A stretch of 64,000 nt of DNA from Lama glama (Eukaryota), in NCBI GenBank assembly GCA_028534125.1, contig CM052817.1, forward strand, positions 42,534,001-42,598,000, written 5' to 3'. Of the stretch, positions 51,401 through 64,000 are shown piece by piece. Below the pieces are notes generated by a model that made no database searches, was not told the DNA's origin, and saw nothing but the letters and a program-made list of their open reading frames with translations. The translations under genes were made by a program, and so were the position numbers. The number at the start of each line of letters is the position of its first letter. Positions within the stretch are counted from its first letter, which is position 1.

Positions 51401-51769
51401 AACTGGGAGGATGAGATTAAAATGATGAACTAAAGTAAGGATTAAGTGTTATTTCTGGGTTTCATATTCTTTAATAATGATTTATATACCCCACTCCATG
51501 GATACAAAACAGCTGCCTATGTGAAAATGATGGTGGGATATGAACACTAGTTAAGTATTTACACATAAATAAGCAAATGGTGAGGTAGCATAATTCCAAC
51601 TAAGAAACTATTGCTGATAGAAGATGATTTATTTGTGATTTTTCTGCTCCAACTCATGAGGGGGTTTATTTCAAATATTAATAACCTTTCAAATAACAGA
51701 AGACCCTGTCTTCTGGGCATCCAGAGTGTGGGGATAGCATCCGGAAGGCCTTAGTAGTGATAAACTTCA

Positions 51770-51985
51770 TAGCTATGCAGTACTGAGTATTTACTATGCA
51801 CCAGGAGTGACTTGCTTTATATACATAATTTTATTTAATTCTTAATGTGACCCTCTAAGTTATTTTCCATTTTACAGATGAGGCATTTGACTGATGGGCA
51901 TTAAGTACACTTCCCAAGGTCACAGAACTACTAGTCGGTAAAGTTGGGACAGAAAAAGAGACTGGTCTTGGCAGAGTCCTTTCAT
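51770..51985 (-). mobile_element. MIR SINE
   Basis: tactgagtatttactatgcaccagg...ccattttacagatgagg...cttcccaaggtcacag. Confidence 0.88.
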
Positions 51986-53396
51986 ATATAAGCATTCTAG
52001 TCCATGTCTGTTTACCATGATCTTGCCCTGCTTCTGAGTCTCACTTCTCTAGTTCTGCACATGTCTGAGCATTCCTGGACTCCTCTTGGTGCCTGACGCC
52101 TTCCCTAAGCCTGATGGAGCCACGTTCCCCAGGGCTCTATTAGGACCTTCAGAAAAGCATAAGGATGGAAGAGACCTAGGAGCACTCCCCACCACAAAAC
52201 AGTTAATTAAAAAATGAATATTAAATAAGTGTGAAGAGGCTTCTCAGAACTCTGCTTCTCCCCCATAAGCTTCTAACTTTTCTTTGCTGAAATATTAAAA
52301 TCTTTAAAAACAATTTTTTTTCCTGCTGCCTCTGCTTTGTTGATGTCTTTAGCACATACTCGTTAGGTCCACTGGGAAATTCAGCAAAACTATTTCTGGG
52401 TCTACTGAACAGTTTTAAAAAACTATGAAAGAATGATCTTGGTTAAATCAATCATTGCATTTTATTACATAATTTCAATGATTAAGACTTTCAGATTTCT
52501 GTTATGACTCTCCCATAAAAATGGGACACGCTTAAGTGTCTACCTTAAAAATAACTTTGGTACACCTAGACTGATTGGTTACTGGGTGTATGGACATGGC
52601 TGCTTGAAGCTACTTGCTCTTTAGCCTTCCACACATGAGGTTTTTATACATTTTGGTATATGTATATTCAAAACAAAACTTTTTTATGTACTTAGGACTC
52701 AACCCAGGGAAATTTTTATCACTAATGAGAGATAAGAAAAAAAGAGTGGAAAATTTTCTAGTCCAGTGAGGAAATAAATCTCCTTTTGGTTTTTAATGTT
52801 TCATTTTCTGCTATTCAGTTGTAAACCTTGATGTTTTAAATGTTATGATGGATATCGGTTTCTCTCTTAACATATTTATCCCGCTTATATCATAGGAATT
52901 CTAAAACAAATTAAAAATGAAATATGTGAAATTGTTTGAAAAAGTAAGAATAGTACATGAGTTGCTGAAGACCAGGGCCTCTGTGCTTTCCTTCCCCAGA
53001 GAATCCTGTATAACAGGTGTTCAGTGGGCCTCTCTCAGGGATCACTGACGGTAATTCTTGCCCAAATAGACTGTAAGATCTTTGACGACAAGGGGCATAC
53101 TTTATAGTGGAGCCTCCAAGAATGCTGATTTTGATAAGAAAGCACCAAAAAGCAACTGAGTAGTGTAGAGAACAATGAAACGCAAATAGTTGAGGTAGAA
53201 AATATGTATGTAACCAGGATAGTAGCACTATTAGCATAATAATAGCCTTTGTTACTGCAGAGATATTTTCATGGAAAATAAAGAGTATTTGTACCAAAGG
53301 AATCTATATTATTCTTTACTTATATGACTACCAGTTCTATTCTGCCTATGTAGAATTCTTAAATTGACTGAATACCAATTATAGTCTTTAAAAAAA

Positions 53397-53420
53397 TATA
53401 TATATATATATATATATATA
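53397..53420. repeat. (TA)12 microsatellite
   Basis: Read directly. Confidence 0.97.
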
Positions 53421-53685
53421 ATTGCTTCTAGTTCTACATCAGGTGCTTCTTCCCTGCCCCCCAAAATAGCCTCCTGCTGTAGAGGCTACATCCTCCTGAT
53501 GTAGAGGAAGGGAAATATGTTGATGTAGACCCATGATGAATCATCTCTTTATCCTTTTGGCAATTCATGGTTGTACTTTTAATAAGACATCTAGAATCAC
53601 TGTTTAATATCATTAAATTATTTAATACATAATCAAGTTGGACATACTTTATTAAATGTTCTATTAGTTGTTTTTAAATGGAAGG

Positions 53686-53831
53686 TTTGTTTTATTTGTT
53701 CTTTTGGGGGTTTTTTGGGGGGTAATTAGGTTTATTTATTCATTTAGTTTTTTTAATGAAGGTACTGGGTCTTGAACCCAGGACCCTGTGCATGCTAAGC
53801 ACTCACTCTACCATTGAGCTATACCCTCTCC
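53686..53831 (-). mobile_element. tRNA-derived SINE of camelid (Vic-1-like) type
   Basis: Minus strand: ggagagggtatagctcaatggtagag...cttagcatgcacagggtcctgggttcaagacccagtacc, with Pol III A box TAGCTCAATGG and B box GGTTCAAGACC, then aataaataaacctaattacccccc and an A-rich tail. Confidence 0.92.
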
Positions 53832-55149
53832 ATCTTATTTATTCATTTCTGATACAGTATTTTTTGCCTGATAGATATTCAGTCTGATAATTGCAATGGA
53901 ATCTTAACACTGATCCCAGGAAAGAGTAACTGCCCCAAGGATTGAGATTAAGTAGGATCATTTCATACTACTTAAAGCAAGCTAAACTCCTAAGGAAAAA
54001 TATTAAGGCAGACTGTGAGGTGAGATTCACCCCAGGACACAAGCCAAGTAAACAGGTTGGCAGAGATGTTACAATTGCCTAGACAGAGATGAAAGAAATA
54101 ATGTGTCTTCCTTTGGGTTTGATAGCAACATCTCTATTTGAAGGCACAGTCTTCATCCTGGGAATTCCAACATGTTTTGTTATGTAGCTCATATTTGTTG
54201 TTTCTATAGGACTAATCATGGTCCTGGAAATGACCCTGGTCACTTACTCCTTCATCAGTCCAAGTATATAATATCATTGCTCCTCCGAAGTCCAGACAGT
54301 AGGGAAAGAGTGGTGATGTTGCCTAGTGGGTGGACTTCAAAATCAGGGAAGTAGAAGTGGCTACTTCCTGGTTTTGTATCATCAAACAGAATGGGAAATA
54401 GCATTAAATCGAATGGAAAATATTCTTTGGAGAACATATATAAAATCAGTCAAGGAACAAAGGGTCAGGCAGGATGAGCGAAGTCCAGGTTCCCTAGTAT
54501 CTGTAGACTATCCCCACATTATCACACATGGCTTTCTTATTAAAGCAGAGGGAAGAGCATTTGTACCACTCTGGTCACTCAGAACTCGACGTGGCAAATT
54601 AGGAAAATGTGCTGTGGGAAGCCTGGGGGTGGAGAAGGCAAGAGATTGAACATATTGGCTACTAATGCTTTTGATCCAATTCTCATGGCAGCTTACACCA
54701 TAGCCTTCAAAACCCAATGGTGAGATGAATGCAGACAGGACATGTCAGATATTTCCTGTGTAGAACAATATTTTCCTGACTGTGAAATTCCTTCAAACCA
54801 CATGCCACAAACGCAACTTAGCCTTGATTGCCCTTTCCTCATAAGACAGGAATGGTAGACCAGAGCAGAACAGCCATAATCAAGTTGGAAACAACCACAA
54901 TTGTCGGTACTTGTTTTCACCCCACCCTCCACATTGTCTTAAATGTTGCCCAGCACTGGGATTGTTTGCGTTCTCTCCTCCCTAGTTCTCCTGTCCTCCT
55001 TACACTCCAACACCATTCCAACTATGCATTACTTCTCTCTCCATGCTTTGGTTCTGAATCTCCTAAAAGTACATTCAGAAATTACATATTTACATCTACA
55101 TGTTATGCATGTATTTGCATGTAGCCCCACTGTGCACTCACCAGTGTTA

Positions 55150-55184
55150 CACATACATACACATACACATACATACACATACAC
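55150..55184. repeat. Imperfect (CATA/CATACA)n repeat
   Basis: cacatacatacacatacacatacatacacatacac. Confidence 0.9.
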
Positions 55185-57869
55185 TACAGAGAAAGGAAGA
55201 AAGAATATCGCAAGTTTTGATAAGCAACTTCCCCAAAACTGTAAATGTCAGGAGCAGCGAACCTAGCAAAACAAAGTGCTCTTTATTTTAGTTTCCTTTG
55301 AAGGTCGGCAACCTGTGGCTAAAGACTAACACTCCTTTCTAATCGAAATCTTCAAGACAGTTTTTGTTCAGGTATGCTTAGTCCTTTTTCTGTAGATGAT
55401 TTTAGAATTATTTTAGGGTGCATAAAAGTCAGTCTATGAAACTTCCTATTTTGGAACCCTCAGCAGTAGTCTAAATAATAACTCTTTATCCAATAATCAA
55501 CACTTACAAAATACCAACATGGTTTGATTTAAATTCTGGATTTCCATCATCATGCGGCTCTAGTGGATCTGGTGTTTCACTATAATCTGCCTGAGACATA
55601 TGTGCAGTACCATTCACTTTAATCTGTGTGATTTGTTCTAAAACCATGGAGGGTATTCAGAGTGCATTGATACAGAGAAGCAAGGACTGTGAGTCCTATC
55701 ACCTCTCTGGGGTCCATCTGTGGGCACATTAAAGGTTTTATATATTAAGAATCATTACTTTTTACTAATTTACTGTCAGATTTTCTAATTAGCCTCATAG
55801 CTTTTGGAAACAAATTGCATAAAACTCAGCACAAAATTCTGGTACAAATTTTCTTCATGCTTCTATTATCATATGTCCTGTTGGCATCCTAAACCTGATG
55901 TGCTATATAAAAAGTACACTATTATAAGAAAGATACTGTGCAAACTGTTATGCCAATATAATGTCACTGTATGTTGCTATGTACCTGCCTTTGAAAACAG
56001 AACATACTGGTTATACCAAGGTCCATGATATGCTCAAGAGCAAGAAAGAAACAGGGTCTTCTAAACCTTAACCCAAGTTTAAATACACCACTTGAGACTT
56101 GTTCATTTTATTTTTTAACTAAAAGTTATTCTGGGATTTATTCTGTCATTTTTTTGGCTTCTTTTTCTTAGTTAAATCATTTATTTGGAGAGTTTTTAAA
56201 AATTATTTTCCTTTGCCAGTTATTGATTATTAAATTGTAGTTCTCAGCTTGTGGCTGCAATAACAGATGTCTCCTAGTTGGAGTGAGATCACAAGATTCC
56301 TTTTGAATGAATGTAAGGAAAATATACCACTACAGCAGAGCAAAAGTTGTGTGTCTCCTAGACAATTGAAGAAGTCTATTCAGGATACAAACTAAACTAG
56401 AGATAGGTCTTGGGTTTTTCTTTAAACCACTTAATGATTAGATTAGATATCTGGGAACCAGACGTGGAGAGTTGATCATTTCATCCATGTAGTTTTCTTT
56501 TGAGATTTTAATTCACTCATGTCAGCAAAAAATAATAGGTAAAGCACTGCTTTTTTATGCCCCCTAAAGTTGTTACTGCACAAATACTGATTTATCAGGA
56601 AATTTGAAATTGTCACCTCAAATCTCATTCATTATTTTTCACATAGCTCACTTTCTGATGTGAAATTATATTTAGATCTGTCTAAGCTCAATGCTCTTCA
56701 ATATTTACTTATTTAATTTCACTCTTATTGAGCACCTTTTTATGATATAAGATGTACTGGAACATAGCATCTGTCTTATATATTGAGTATGCTATATAGA
56801 GAGATAAATAACATATATATATACACAGATATACAGATTGGGAGGTAGCTTTATAAAAATAAATGCAGAAGCGAACATACCAAAATAAATATAAGGTGAA
56901 AATACAGTGTAGGTATTAAGAGAATAGAGAGCTTATTTTAAAATGCATTTCATTTTAATACATTTATCTTGTTTTTTAACAACTACTTATTTGTGAGCCT
57001 GGCAATACAGTTGTCATAATTCATAAATACTATGGAAATTTCAAAACAGAAATTATTCCCAGATTCTATTCAGTAGTTGAAAATATTAAGTTGAATGCCA
57101 ATTCATATCCTATATAACAGCTCTATTTTCAGGAAGTCACAAAAATATTTCCAACAACTAAATCCTAACGATCCAATCATTCATTTTTTTTTTCGTCTTG
57201 AACAAACGTGTCAAGTTTCAAACAAGTTTTAAGCTTATTACACTGTATTTTTAAATTCTCTAGTTTCAGATGATTTCTATTATCCCTTTCTCCAAATATG
57301 GTCCTTTTCTTTACTTTGTTTAAAATGGTTATATTTTCTTTTGCAAACTCTGAAAGCTAATGCAAGTGCAATACTGATAAATAAAAAGGCCAAAATTTCC
57401 AGATTTCCCCATGGAATTCCCCATTATCATTGTTCATACTGTTCTAATATAATTCTCTGGCAAAACAATGAAAAAAAACAACCAATCCCAGAACATACTG
57501 CAGAAAGAAGGAACACAGAGGCTGACCCTCTCTTACCATTTGTGGTAAAATCTCTTGCTAAAGAGAGCTCCCTGGAGGTTGTTATTCCTAGTTCATCAGA
57601 AGTCAGGTTACCTGATACTCTCTCATTTGAAAATTCCCAACTTCTTTATTACTTAGTGAAGGTCCTACAACCACTTCACAGTGAATTATGTGACAAGCTA
57701 TTAATAGCTTCATTCTGAACCCACCAAACAATTTCATGTCCTGTCACAATTCCATCAGTTCTCACTCATTAAAAATGCAAATTTTAAACTGTTTGCAAAG
57801 AAAATACGTGATCCATTTTTACTATGCCAGAGTGTTCAACAAGGTGCCGGAAAACTTAGAATACATTTA

Positions 57870-58230
57870 AAATTCAACATGATATTTTACTGAACCACTA
57901 TCAGATTCAATAGACTGTTTAAAAAAAAAAATCCACAAAGGTGAATAAGACGGGCCTAACTCTTACCGGTGGAGAAGACTTCAAAATGGTAGCACGGGAT
58001 GTGTTTTTAAGATGAATACATAAATAAAAAGTGGAGTGTTCTGGTGAAAGGAGACAGAAAGGCTGAGGGGTTAGGAGAAAAAGGCAATTAAAGAAAGTTT
58101 CAGGCCATAGATGATTGTTGGGTTTGGTCTTCAGGAGAAGGCAGTGGGTAGAGGATATTTCAGGCAGGAGAAATGAAATGAGCACCAGAAGCAGAAAAGT
58201 GCAAAGGCTTCATAAATATTTACTGAACAA
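57870..58230 (-). mobile_element. Diverged L2 fragment
   Basis: aaaggtgaataagac...ggtcttcaggaga...tttcaggcagg; weak match. Confidence 0.45.
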
Positions 58231-61200
58231 AATAGTCCTAGTGACAGTCAAATCTCTTTTTTTTTAAATTTTTTTGGCAATGAGTTGGACTTCCCCACTT
58301 TAAAGTCTCCTGAACTTTTTGCGTGTTGAGTGTAGTTTGTCACTTTTTTATAATTGATTTCTGCAGATAAAGTGGATGCTTCTGTATTCACCCATCTGCT
58401 AATTAGGGATCATTTTGAAATGGAGTGTAAGGAAAAAGAAAAATAAAAGAGATCATGAAGCTGTGTTACATCTTGAAGCGCATTAAAACATAAAAACAAA
58501 AAATTAGAACACACTCCAAATGACTCATTTGTTTTTTCAGTATTCCACAACTTAGTGACAATAACTGGCAGTATAATAATTTCACAGTGTCATCCTGGTG
58601 GAACATAGGGTTCCCGTAAGAATACATTTCTATCTCCTTCAACATCACCATTAAAATGACTTATTTGTTTCTGATTAATTAGGACCCAGTTCCTTCCTTC
58701 TTGGCATGGCATTTTTCCTCCTGTTCAGTCTATCTGGACAGGCTAGATCTGCGTGGGCACACACCAGTTTGTGAGATTCTGGATCAGAACTCAGTGGCTT
58801 TGCAATAGCGATAAACCTAACTTCTGGTAACTGTGAATTTGTGTTCCAAAGTGCCACAAACCACACGGTAAGATGCCACAAAAAGGAGCAATAACTAGGT
58901 CGTGTTTTTGGCAGTCTTCATGAAGCAGTAGCTCCAATGCTGGCTTGCCAGTGATTAAATAGAGCTGAGAAACATTTTTTTCCCTTATCTTCCTCCAGCC
59001 GAACAAAAAAAGCTCAGATTAACTGACAGAGAATGAAGAGAGAAAGGGAAAGCTCTTTGGAAAAGCGGAGTTTAACTGCCAACTACACAAATTCCAATTA
59101 TTTGTATCCTGTAAGAGTACAAGTTGAATAAGGGTGCTCACCATGGGCATAGCCAGAGTGGTGTGTGTGCATGCGTGTGCCCGAGCGTATGCATGAGTGT
59201 GTGTGTTGGGGGAAGGATTTTGTCGGGATGAGGTGGAGGTGAGAGTCTTCTCTCACTTCTCCACAACCCTGTCATTGTGCACTGTTTGACTGTCAACAAA
59301 GTCTCCAGAAGGATGTCACTTCCTAGGACTTTTCATTACATCATCGTTAGGTAATTAATTCACTTGCTATTTTGGAAAAGCAAAACAATATGCTACACTT
59401 GGTGGCATAACATTAAATTCCAGGAGAGGCTGAGCCTTTCCTGGGCAGAAATTACTCTCTCTTAGCAGCACGATTGGAAGTTTAGCTTAGCATATCCCAA
59501 ACATAAGTGACACTGCTGTTCAAATCCGCCCTGCGCAAAGACATACTCAACTTTTTAGTTCCAAGCGTATTCTTTCCAATGAGTTCATGATTCCCAATAA
59601 TTAAACAATGACTATGTAAGAAGGTGAAAAGTTAAGATAAAACTGGAGAGCAAACATTTGGGAGAAAGCATTAAGGAAGCTAAATCGACATGCTTTGTAA
59701 AATGCCAGAATTATTACCTTCCAGGGTGTGTAGAAAAGAAATTATCATAAAATATAACACTTCTTTCTCTCCTCATCCTAGTAAATCCAGTCGACAGGAT
59801 TTAGCACTGGGAAGAAGCCCAGAAGGTCTGAAATCCTGTAAGAAAAAAAGTGTATTTTTAGAATTATGGTAACAGCTGCTAAGAAATGTATTTCTATTTT
59901 GTAGTAAGTCTAAGCTGCCTAACATAAATGTGTGGTAGAGAAAGATAACATAGATAAGGCAAGTGAAGAGAATTATAGCAAAGTGAACACTATCTTTGGT
60001 TGTTGTTGAAAGAAAAATTGAGTACTAAAGATGGCATTTCCTCAAAATAAAACTATAAATTGTATATCTAACAGCTAAAATTAGATAGCGAGCCTCTCTC
60101 TTTCTCAAGTTCGCCCCACTTTCCCCTATCATCCTTCTATTTCTCATCTATTTAAAATTTTTTCCTAATGGAATCTTAGGGAGCATTAACGTAGTGGTAG
60201 AGATCTTAAAAAAAATCATCTTCTAAAGTCCCCAAATACACTACCACCCTGTCAGATGTATAATATGCTATCAAATTTTCACATTAAAACATCTCACTTA
60301 AGTATCCCTTTTAAAGATATTTAAATAAAACTCTGATTTGATAAGTGAACCATTTTACAAATGACTAAGGTAACTATTATTTTCCTATGATGAAATTTTT
60401 GATTCAAGTTTATTATTAAAGAATAGAGTAAAAATAAGAAGAAACACATATGCCTGTCAATCCTTTCACAAATAGGTATAATACTTCAGATTTTGCTTTG
60501 CCTATGATTGGATTTGTTGAAAAATAAAAACATCACATATTTGGGAAATGGTTATCTATTATTGAACATAATACTTGTGTTACGTTTCTAACCCTTGGGT
60601 TTCTTTTACCTTTGGAATTGGTGGCAGAGGCCACTCCTCTCAATAAAAGCACATAGGCTCTTCTCCTTTGGGGACTTTCCTATTTGATCTTTACTGGGAA
60701 ACAGCCTGAAGTTGGTATCAAACTGAGATACTGTGCGTGTGGTTGGTAACCTAGGGACTGCTACAGAAATTTAATGATTGTTTTACTGATTATATTAATA
60801 ATAAATAATAACACTGTCACTATGATAACAATTACTAAATGAACACTTGGGAAGGTCGATGTTTCAGAAAGTTCAAAAAAAACTCAAAAATGCTCTTAAT
60901 AATTATTGTGGTTTAGAATAACACATTTTAGTTAGTCTTCACCTTTGCTTTCCCAGATTTTCTTGGAAATGCTCTGTCGTTTTCTCTGAAGGTGACATAT
61001 ACATATAAAAGTCAGCACACTATATTTCTCTCATTCATTTTCTAGAAGACGGAACTCATCTCCATCATCAACCACCCCTTCTTCTACTCCCTTCCCGACT
61101 TAATTCAAATGTTCATTCTCTTTCTCTCCCACTGTCCTTCTGGTTAACTGGCTGGTATTCTTTCTCACTCTTAAATCCTTTCTCTTCATTATCATGTACT

Positions 61201-61459
61201 TCAGATACTCGGGAAAGCATTCCTCAGAGAATCCAAAAAGGTGCTTGCAATCTGTTTAACACACAGCCCACCTCCAGCTCCCACGATACAACCTATCCCA
61301 GTTTTACAATGTCATCTTTCTTCCCTTTTGGCAACAGGAAAAAAAAGTAATTTCAAATAGTGTTGTTCATATATGACCATAAAATATGCCCAGGAACCAC
61401 TTTAGAAAGAAATATTGTGCTCAGGCTGGTACCCCGGGAAAGGATGATTATGGGGAATC

Positions 61460-61560
61460 TTTCGGCTCCTTTAAAGCTGGGACTATGTCTTATTTTTCCA
61501 TCTATCAGCAGCATCTATCACAAGGACTAACACTGCAGGAAATGGTCAGTATCTGTTACA
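61460..61560 (+). mobile_element. L2 3' end fragment
   Basis: gctcctttaaagctgggactatgtcttattt...cagcatctatcaca. Confidence 0.55.
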
Positions 61561-61749
61561 TCAAATTTAATTGTTTCCATTTCAATATAAATTGAACATT
61601 TTATGAGTCAAGTTTCCCAATTTGTAATGTTTACTGAATTCCAAAATATTTATTCTCCCAATGAGTTACATTCTGCTACAGAAACCACAAAATACAGGAG
61701 AAGAGATGATCAACTGCTAGGCAACTACAGTCCTTCGGTTAATGATCAA

Positions 61750-62010
61750 AATAGTATGTTTCATATACTGAGAATTTCTGTGTATCAGGCATTGTTCTAA
61801 ACACTTTATATACTTACCTAATTTAAACCCTAAAAGAAAAGTATAAAGCATATATTTTATCTTATAAATTTATTTATAAATAAAGCAATTATTTTAAAGA
61901 TGAGTAAATTCAGGCACAAAAAGGATAAATAACTTGCCCAAGATCACACAACTGGTAAGTGATGGAGTTGGCATTTGAATCAATGAAATCTAAGTTGAGA
62001 GTGAACAAAT
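61750..62010 (-). mobile_element. MIR SINE
   Basis: tgtgtatcaggcattgttctaaacacttta...ttttaaagatgagtaaattcaggcac...taacttgcccaagatcacacaactggtaagtgatggag. Confidence 0.9.
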
Positions 62011-62337
62011 TTAAAACTATAGTTTCAGGCTTATATGACAAACTTTAGTTCCACATTAAATAGTAACTGGTGTTTATTACCTCCAAAAGGTCACAAAATT
62101 TATTTATTTAAACTTTCTTACTATTTATTTAAACTTTCTTATTATGTACTGTTAATGACTGCCACAATTTTCACAAGGAAAATATAAATAACTTAATATA
62201 GGGATCTCTGAAATATTAAATAATAAATAATACATCTGCAGACACAAAATATCTATTTTTAGAGGAGAGGTAGAAAAAGAATATTCATGAAAAGCTTGAA
62301 AACTGAAAGGTTGGCTGGGAGACTAGACTTATTTGAG

Positions 62338-62845
62338 AAGAGCAGATTGAAAACATGGCGACAATTCTTCCTCTTCTGGAACTAAATCCCTCACAAAATA
62401 ACTTGGCCACCTCTTCCATTAAGCGGACTCTATTTCTCCATCCCTTACATCTGAGCTGTCCTTTAACTTGATTTGGCCAATAGAAAGTGGAGGAAATTTT
62501 GCGCCCATTCTAAGCCAAGGTTTCAAGAGGTTTTCCATGATTGCACTCTTGCCCTTCGAGCCCGGCAACTGCCAGATCAGCTAGCCTGCTAGATGTTGAG
62601 AGAGATGCAGCAGAGTAGCATCATTGCCTCACCCAACATCAGCCAGTTCCCAAAAGCAGATCCACCTAGCTGACCTGTCAGTTTAACACTGATGCTAGGC
62701 AAACCCAGTCAAGATCCACAGGTCTGGCTCAGATCAACACAACAGCCCATCTGACCCACAGACTTGTGAAAAATAATAAATTGTTACTGTTTCAAGCATC
62801 TAAGTTTTAGAGTGGTTTGTTATGCAGTAATAGATAACTGATGCA
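62338..62845 (+). mobile_element. MLT1 (G/H-like) solo LTR
   Basis: gactctatttctccatccctt...ttggccaatagaa...cccacagacttgtgaaaaataataaattgttactgttt...agttttagagtggtttgttatgcagtaatagataactgatgca. Confidence 0.92.
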
Positions 62846-63768
62846 GCACATATTATAATTACTTAGATATTAATAGTGCTGCTTTAATGTATAAATGTGC
62901 TTGCTATTTATCCTGACTGACATGATGTACTCTCACTCTTTTCTAATTGCTGAAACTTTCCTAAAAAGCATCAAAGTAAAAAGGAAGTTTGCTTATATGA
63001 CAAATTTCGTCTTTGCTGTCTATGGTGGTGGCATTGCCCATAATGATTTGTCATGCAATTTTATTTTCAAAGCTCAAAATTAATTACAAACATGAAACAA
63101 ATCATGATGTTAAGACATACATTAAAAACAAATTGCAATCTCAAAATGGATAATTTACAGCTTGGAAAATTAATTGATTAAACTCAAAGTGCATAAAAAT
63201 AATTGGAAAAACTGAGGAGTGAACAAACCAATGACAATGCTATCCAACTAAATAAAAAAGAATATATAATGAGCAAAACCACAGCCAAAAAAATCAATAG
63301 TTGTAATTAAACCGTAAGACCCTGAGTGGAGATAAGCTGAAATCCCAATTTGGGGAGCATCGCTATATTAAGAGGTTGGGGAGATGACACAAGAAATCAA
63401 ATCCTGTCTCTTAAGCAAAATCAAAGTAGAAACCATAATGTTGGCATTAAAATCAGCCATAAGCTTAAGAAATACAAAATATGTAATAGATATTAAACAT
63501 TAAAGCATTAAATCAGCACTACAAATATGTAAGTAATTTAATATGTACTGTATCTGTTATCTATTACTGTCTATCCTATTCCTTTCAATTTTTTTGGCCT
63601 GGCTTCTGTGAAAGTCTATAGCTACAGAATTTTTTCAAGATATTGTCTAAGACCCAGAAATAGCCAGAGAAATAAAGCAAATAACAATATAGCATTTTTA
63701 AGCCAAACAGAATTTTGTTCTAAGCCTAATTTTTAATCATATTATTTTAAGTTGAATACTTATTATCC

Positions 63769-63845
63769 TTTTTTCTTTTTATAAACTATAGTTGATATAC
63801 ATTATATAAGTTGCAAGTATACAATATAGTGATTCACAATGTTTA
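63769..63845 (-). mobile_element. Extremely 5'-truncated L1 3' end
   Basis: T tract then tatagttgatatacattatataagttgcaagtatacaatatagtgattcacaat. Confidence 0.7.
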
Positions 63846-64000
63846 TATTTATATTATTATATATAAATATTTATATTTATATTAAGACTAAAGAGGATTT
63901 GGATTCTTATATTTGAAACAAATATTGCAAAGCATTTAAACATGGTTACATTACAAAGATGCACATAGAGAAATTCAATAAAAATAAAACATTTTAAGCA

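Noticed and set aside
53755..53831. tRNA-like sequence
   Set aside because: It is the head of a SINE with a diverged stem and an attached SINE tail, not a tRNA gene.
58729..58873. Plus-strand exon-like segment ending at ACG|gtaaga
   Set aside because: All three frames contain stops and there is no other support.
1..64000. Host-gene orientation from TE strand bias
   Set aside because: L1 pieces are mostly minus while LTRs are mostly plus, so the signals conflict, and part of the L1 cluster appears inverted.
1..64000. CRISPR array, operon or other novel multi-gene system
   Set aside because: There is no regularly spaced repeat-spacer array and no long non-TE ORF; the sequence is ordinary mammalian non-coding DNA.

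Overview
AT-rich, CpG-depleted eutherian genomic DNA, either intronic or intergenic. It is most likely camelid, judged from a tRNA-derived SINE at 53.7 kb and young L1 pieces. I can support no protein-coding gene, RNA gene or CRISPR-type feature. The ORF track is chance ORFs, N-gap artefacts and fragments of L1 ORF1/ORF2. Much of the window is old interspersed repeat: L2, MIR, a CR1/L3 end, MLT1/ERVL solo LTRs, hAT and TcMar MITEs, and several L1 generations. There are also microsatellites and two assembly gaps. I found no evidence of a new biological system. The main observations are: (1) a ~2.9-kb inversion (~32.59-35.53 kb) inferred from two L1 elements whose halves now lie in opposite orientations; (2) an ~85-bp non-tandem duplication at 40.2/40.6 kb; (3) CpG-retaining, repeat-free patches at ~19.0-19.4 kb (CTCF-like site, possible microexon with RBFOX sites) and ~49.5 kb; (4) a still-readable hAT transposase dimerisation-domain fossil at ~9.0 kb. 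Repeat subfamily names come from recalled consensus sequences, not a database search, and repeat boundaries are approximate.
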